DNA of 64,000 bases from Patescibacteria group bacterium (GTDB lineage: Bacteria > Patescibacteriota > Patescibacteriia > UM-FILTER-42-10). This document shows positions 59,049 to 64,000 of this stretch, in pieces; position 1 is the stretch's first letter, and each line of letters starts with the position of its first letter. The notes below the pieces were generated by a model. The model saw only the letters and a program-made list of their open reading frames with translations, had not been told where the DNA came from and did not search any database. The DNA lies in NCBI GenBank assembly GCA_041666845.1, contig JBAYGC010000005.1, positions 584 to 64,583 on the forward strand. Reading direction: 5' to 3'. A program made the position numbers and the translations under genes.

Positions 59049-61919
59049 ATGGCCGACTCAATCGTAGTTAAGGGCGCGCGCGTCAATAATTTAAAGAATA
59101 TCGATATTACCATTCCCCGTGACCAGTTGGTTGTTATTACGGGGCTTTCCGGTTCCGGAAAATCTTCACTGGCCTTTGATACGATTTATGCCGAAGGACA
59201 AAGACGCTATGTGGAAAGTCTGTCCGCTTATGCCAGGCAGTTTTTGGGTCTGATGGATAAGCCGGACGTGGATCAGATTACCGGGCTTTCTCCCGCTATT
59301 TCCATTGATCAGAAAACAGCTTCACACAACCCGAGATCGACCGTCGGAACGGTGACGGAAATTTACGACTACCTCCGTTTGTTATACGCCCGTGCCGGTA
59401 TTCCCCACTGCCCGAAATGTGGTCGTCTGGTGGTGAAACAGAATGTTGATCAGATTGTTGAGCATGTGTTAAGCCTACCGGCGAGTACCAAGATTATGAT
59501 TATGGCGCCGGTAATTAAAGACAAAAAAGGTGAGCACAAGAAGACACTGGAAGAAATCAGAAAAGTGGGGTATGTCCGGGTGCGTTTAGACGGTGAGATA
59601 TACAGTATTGAAGAAGCGGAGGACTTGGATATTGATAAACAGAAAAAACACACGCTGGATGTGGTAGTGGACCGTCTGGAAATGAGCGCATCGATGAAAA
59701 AGGACCGTGCCCGTATTTCTGAGTCAGTAGAAACCGCTTTGGATCTGGGTAACGGAGTCCTTTTGATTTCATTTGCTGATGAAAAGAAAGCAGATTTAAT
59801 TTTCAGCCAGTATTTTGCCTGTGAAAATTGCGGAATTAATCTTTCTGAAATAGAACCGCGTAATTTTTCATTTAACAGCCCGCACGGCGCGTGTCCGGCC
59901 TGTACCGGACTTGGAACCAAGCTGGAAGTTGACCAGAAACTGATCATCCCCAACCAAAAACTTTCAATCGCCGAGGGTGCAATCCGCCCCTGGAGCCGTA
60001 CATCTTCCAGTCAGACCTGGATGCACAGAATTCTGGAAGCGGTGGCAAAAGAAAATAATTTTTCCATCAATATTCCGGTTAAAGATATGAAGAAAGAAGA
60101 CATGGATATTGTTTTATACGGTACCGGCAGCAAGGGCTACGATGTCAATAATGATTACGGTACCGGCAAAGTGAAGGAGTTTTGGACAACCTATGAAGGT
60201 GTGATTCCGAACCTGGAGCGGAGATACAAAGAAACGGACTCGGACTACATGCGCTCGGAGATAGAGCGATATATGCGTATTCATAAATGCCCGGTCTGCA
60301 ACGGCAAACGCCTGAAATTAGAAGCATTGGCAGTAACAGTCAGTGGCAAGTCGATTGATCAGGTGGTAGAAATGACAATTGATCAGGCCAGCGAATTTTT
60401 TAAAAAGCTCAGTACCAAAAACAAGGCTAATGATCCAGAAGCGCTTACTGAAAGGCAACAAAAAATTGCCAAACAAATACTGAAGGAGGTCAGATCCAGA
60501 ATCCAATTTTTGCAGAATGTCGGACTGGATTATCTGACTCTGGACCGTTCGGCATCCTCGCTTTCCGGCGGAGAGGCGCAACGCATCCGGCTAGCTACGC
60601 AGATCGGGTCTTCTCTGGTCGGTGTGGTTTACATACTGGATGAGCCGTCTATTGGTCTGCATCAACGTGATAATAACCGGTTGATTGATACGCTGAAAGA
60701 ACTGCGTGATTTAGGCAATACGGTTTTAGTAGTGGAACACGATAAAGACACGATTATGGCTGCCGATAATGTTATTGATATCGGACCGGGCGCGGGCGAG
60801 CACGGCGGAGAAGTAGTGGCACAAGGGACGCCGGAGTTTGTCGCAAAATGCAAGAAGTCGCTTACCGGACAGTACCTGGCGGGTACCAAAGAAATTCCGT
60901 CACCGAAAAAATACAGAAAAGGCAACGGAAAAAGTCTGGAGATAATCGGTGCCAGTGAGTTTAATCTGAAAAATATTAATGTATCAATTCCACTCGGAAA
61001 ATTTGTTTCCATCACCGGCGTTTCGGGATCGGGTAAATCCACATTGATGACGGAAATTCTGGCAAAATCTTTGTCTCATTATTTTTATCAGTCAAAAGAT
61101 CTGCCGGGCAAACACGAAGAAATCAAAGGGGTGGAAAACCTGGATAAAGTAATTAATATTGACCAGTCGCCGATCGGCAGAACTCCGCGCTCCAATCCGG
61201 CAACTTATACCGGAGTCTTTACTTATATCCGCGACCTGTTTACGAGAACTCCTGAAGCCAAAATTAGAGGTTATAAAGCCGGCAGATTCAGTTTCAATGT
61301 GAAGGGTGGTCGCTGCGAGGCATGCCAGGGTGATGGGGTAAAAAGAATTGAAATGCATTTCCTGCCGGACGTATTTGTGGAATGTGAAGAGTGTCATGGC
61401 AAGAGATATAACCAGCAGGCCTTGGAGATCCATTATAAAGGGAAAAATATTGCTGATATTCTAGGCATGACAGTGGAAGAAGGATTGAAGTTTTTTGACA
61501 GCATACCTGCCATCAAACAAAAAATCCAGACACTGGAAGACGTCGGCTTGAATTATATGAAACTCGGTCAGAATGCCACAACTCTGTCCGGCGGAGAAGC
61601 ACAGCGCGTCAAACTGGCGACTGAGCTGTCACGCCGTTCAACCGGCAAAACACTCTATATACTGGACGAACCGACAACCGGCCTGCATTTTGAAGACGTT
61701 AAGCGTTTACTTAGTGTATTGAACCAGCTGGTTGATAAGGGTAATACGGTCTTGATTATTGAACATAATATTGATGTGATAAAATCAACAGACTGGATTA
61801 TTGATCTTGGTCCGGAAGGTGGAGATAGGGGTGGAGAGATTGTGGCGGTTGGGACCCCACTGGATGTCGCAAAAGTCAAGGAATCATATACCGGCCAGTA
61901 TTTGAAAGCGGAAATATAA
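59049..61919 (+). CDS. uvrA: Excinuclease ABC subunit A
   Basis: Two ABC ATPase modules ([20 protein letters not shown]; signatures LSGGEAQR x2). Zinc-finger CxxC pairs. Confidence 0.97.
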   Translation: MADSIVVKGARVNNLKNIDITIPRDQLVVITGLSGSGKSSLAFDTIYAEGQRRYVESLSAYARQFLGLMDKPDVDQITGLSPAISIDQKTASHNPRSTVGTVTEIYDYLRLLYARAGIPHCPKCGRLVVKQNVDQIVEHVLSLPASTKIMIMAPVIKDKKGEHKKTLEEIRKVGYVRVRLDGEIYSIEEAEDLDIDKQKKHTLDVVVDRLEMSASMKKDRARISESVETALDLGNGVLLISFADEKKADLIFSQYFACENCGINLSEIEPRNFSFNSPHGACPACTGLGTKLEVDQKLIIPNQKLSIAEGAIRPWSRTSSSQTWMHRILEAVAKENNFSINIPVKDMKKEDMDIVLYGTGSKGYDVNNDYGTGKVKEFWTTYEGVIPNLERRYKETDSDYMRSEIERYMRIHKCPVCNGKRLKLEALAVTVSGKSIDQVVEMTIDQASEFFKKLSTKNKANDPEALTERQQKIAKQILKEVRSRIQFLQNVGLDYLTLDRSASSLSGGEAQRIRLATQIGSSLVGVVYILDEPSIGLHQRDNNRLIDTLKELRDLGNTVLVVEHDKDTIMAADNVIDIGPGAGEHGGEVVAQGTPEFVAKCKKSLTGQYLAGTKEIPSPKKYRKGNGKSLEIIGASEFNLKNINVSIPLGKFVSITGVSGSGKSTLMTEILAKSLSHYFYQSKDLPGKHEEIKGVENLDKVINIDQSPIGRTPRSNPATYTGVFTYIRDLFTRTPEAKIRGYKAGRFSFNVKGGRCEACQGDGVKRIEMHFLPDVFVECEECHGKRYNQQALEIHYKGKNIADILGMTVEEGLKFFDSIPAIKQKIQTLEDVGLNYMKLGQNATTLSGGEAQRVKLATELSRRSTGKTLYILDEPTTGLHFEDVKRLLSVLNQLVDKGNTVLIIEHNIDVIKSTDWIIDLGPEGGDRGGEIVAVGTPLDVAKVKESYTGQYLKAEI

Positions 61920-62014
61920 CAGCCTATGAAAAGAACCCGTCTCAGGTAAGAGTATTTCTTCCTGTGGCGGGTTTTTTGATTGAGTTTTACTAACCGTCAA
62001 GCTATAATCAATAT

Positions 62015-62980
62015 ATGCAGGAAAATAACTACACAGAACTGGAAAAGGCAATTATGGCAACTTTTTGTTACTTTGACTCCTTTGATTATCCTTTGACGCT
62101 GATGGAAATAGCGAAGTGGTTGTTTACTGGAGGCAGCGGAAGAAAGTACAGTTTAAGGGAAATACTGGAAGTGCTGGAACAAAGCCCGGCCATCTCGAAA
62201 AAAATCGAAACAGAAAGAGGGTTCTATTTCTTGAGCGGGAGAGGGAATACTGTGGAAATCAGAAAGCAAAGATACCGGCTGGCGGAAGGAAAAATGAAAA
62301 GAGCGGTGCGGGTGGCGAAAATACTGCGCTATATTCCTTTTGTTAATATGATTGCCGTCTGTAATAATCTGGCCTACAGTAATGCTAGCAATCTGAGTGA
62401 TATCGATGTATTTGTAATCCTAAAACGGAATCGTCTTTGGCAAACCCGTTTTTTTGTATCGGTAGCTACCCACCTGATGAGGATGAGAAGACATCACCGT
62501 ATAATCAGCAACCGGATATGTCTAAGTTTTTACATCACCGATGAACATCTTAACCTGGAGCAATTGATGATTAAACCTTTGGATCCGTATTTTATTTATT
62601 GGTATGGGCAGTTGGTTCCGATTTATGATCATCAGAACAGTTTTAGCAATTTGGTAGCGGCAAACAAATGGATTGAAAAGTACTTGCCCAATTTGATCAT
62701 CAACAAACCGGTTCTGCGTAGGAGTGTTAAAGATACGGAGTGGTCGCTTGCGGTCAAAAAACTTCAGGAAACTGTGCTTGGCGGATCGTTCGGCAATTAT
62801 GTGGAAAAAATATTGAAAAAAATTCAGAAGAAGAAAATGATCAGCAATAAAGAAAGTAAATTGTGGGAAAATAGCACCGCCGTAATTATTAAAGACGATA
62901 TATTGAAATTCCATGAGAATGACCGGCGGAGACAGTACGCGGAAAAATTTATCAGCAAACTTGAAAGTGAGTTAAATTAA
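62015..62980 (+). CDS. Hypothetical protein
   Basis: 321-aa ORF. No recognisable catalytic motifs. Confidence 0.45.
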   Translation: MQENNYTELEKAIMATFCYFDSFDYPLTLMEIAKWLFTGGSGRKYSLREILEVLEQSPAISKKIETERGFYFLSGRGNTVEIRKQRYRLAEGKMKRAVRVAKILRYIPFVNMIAVCNNLAYSNASNLSDIDVFVILKRNRLWQTRFFVSVATHLMRMRRHHRIISNRICLSFYITDEHLNLEQLMIKPLDPYFIYWYGQLVPIYDHQNSFSNLVAANKWIEKYLPNLIINKPVLRRSVKDTEWSLAVKKLQETVLGGSFGNYVEKILKKIQKKKMISNKESKLWENSTAVIIKDDILKFHENDRRRQYAEKFISKLESELN

Positions 62981-62981
62981 A

Positions 62982-64000
62982 ATGATGAAACAGAAAATTA
63001 CAAGACTGCTGGAATGGGGAATCTATCTGTGGATTTTTTTACTGCCCTGGCAGACGCGTTTGATTATTCAAGAGGGGGTATTGAATAAGGATATTTGGGA
63101 ATACGGAACGGTCAGTCTATATGTAGTTGATATTATTCTGGTTATTCTCATTATCCTGCGCATAATAACAAAAGGAGATGAAGCAAAATCGGCTATTTTT
63201 CGGATCCGCACTTTGAGCGTCTGGCCGTTTGCAGTCGGGCTTCTGGTAGTTTCATTTATTTCCATCTATTGGGCACGCGATTCCTACGTTTCGTTATACG
63301 GAGTAATAAAAGTTGCTGAAGGGGTAATCTTGTATTGGCTGGTTTCAACCAGCAAGTTTGATTTAAGCAAAGCCAGCGTTGCATTTGTTGCCTCTGCCGT
63401 TATTCAGAGTGTAATTGGCATTGTTCAATTTACATTCCAAAAAACAATCAGTTCCAAATGGCTGGGCATGGCTTCCCACGAATCCTTTGTTTCCGGTACC
63501 AGCGTTGTGGAGACGGCCACTAACCGTTTTTTGCGGGCGTACGGATCATTGCCCCATCCGAATATTTTAGCCGGCTTCTTGGTTATTGGTTTTATTATTT
63601 TACTGGGATTGTATCTGGATAAAAAAAATTATCTCAATCAGTTTATTCCCGGGGCGTTTGTTCTACTGACCGCCGGTTTGTTTTTCTCATTTTCACGCGC
63701 CGGTTGGCTAGGATTATTGTTGGCGATAATATTTTTTCTTATCATCGCTTTATACAAGTCAAAAATGTGGAGGCCGGAGATTGCCAAAGTTGTCAGCATT
63801 ATCGTCGCGGTATTTCTAATATTGATCATGATCTATCCGGAAACTTTTTCCACCAGAATTGTATCGTCATCCCGTTTGGAACAGAAATCATTTACCGACC
63901 GCGCGACTTATTTTCAACAGGCAACGGAATTACTGGGGGAAAACTGGTTACACGGAGTCGGTGTGAATAATTATACTCTGGCGGTGGAAGACAGTGTTGA
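62982..64000 (+). CDS. O-antigen ligase / polymerase-like polytopic membrane protein (3' end beyond window)
   Basis: Open frame from tandem ATG-ATG to the window end. About 10 TM helices. Loop FSFSRAGWLGLL resembles the Wzy_C/WaaL signature. Not in the ORF track because there is no stop. Confidence 0.6.
   Translation, partial: MMKQKITRLLEWGIYLWIFLLPWQTRLIIQEGVLNKDIWEYGTVSLYVVDIILVILIILRIITKGDEAKSAIFRIRTLSVWPFAVGLLVVSFISIYWARDSYVSLYGVIKVAEGVILYWLVSTSKFDLSKASVAFVASAVIQSVIGIVQFTFQKTISSKWLGMASHESFVSGTSVVETATNRFLRAYGSLPHPNILAGFLVIGFIILLGLYLDKKNYLNQFIPGAFVLLTAGLFFSFSRAGWLGLLLAIIFFLIIALYKSKMWRPEIAKVVSIIVAVFLILIMIYPETFSTRIVSSSRLEQKSFTDRATYFQQATELLGENWLHGVGVNNYTLAVEDSV

Noticed and set aside
1-64000. 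Looked for CRISPR arrays, rRNA genes, transposase or integrase genes and phage structural genes
   Set aside because: There are no regularly spaced direct repeats with unique spacers. No 16S, 23S or 5S-like segments were found. No DDE, tyrosine or serine recombinase motifs were seen in any frame that was examined.

Overview
Low-GC (~40%) bacterial chromosome segment with very high coding density. The gene content suggests a small-genome lineage such as Patescibacteria/CPR or a reduced Firmicute, but I cannot confirm taxonomy from sequence alone. Housekeeping backbone: rpoB (5' truncated)-rpoC, ftsK, a RodZ-like HTH protein, recA, efp-rpsR-ssb-rpsF, uvrC, pcrA, secG, a family-5 solute-binding protein, tRNA-Leu(CAG), rnj, a 1457-aa FG-GAP surface protein, trpS, murI, gpmI, a phosphohexomutase, glyA-folD, a PIN protein, ychF, uvrA and an O-antigen-ligase-like membrane protein (3' truncated). 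Two accessory stretches interrupt it, about 13.3-26.2 kb and 50.9-57.2 kb. They contain three layers of signal. (1) A caspase-like (C14/CHAT) protease gene followed by a small TM protein, a protein with a HEPN-like Rx4H motif and a polytopic membrane protein. (2) A modular repeat family, here called R, P and Q. P has MITE-like terminal inverted repeats. Q carries an outward sigma70-type promoter. R carries a CCCCCACACCC hairpin. These modules sit next to compositionally foreign high-GC (52-58%) cargo genes, each with its own strong SD and terminator. The cargo includes an ACP-like 67-aa protein, a polytopic membrane protein, a catalytically degenerate paralogue of an adjacent MYG1/UPF0160-like hydrolase, a 4-TM membrane protein, and a cluster of four small high-GC ORFs. 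(3) A phosphatase cluster (two LMW-PTP/ArsC-like proteins, a HAD-like protein and ComB), plus a class I methyltransferase split by a frameshift at an A6 run. No rRNA, CRISPR array or recognisable transposase/integrase was found.
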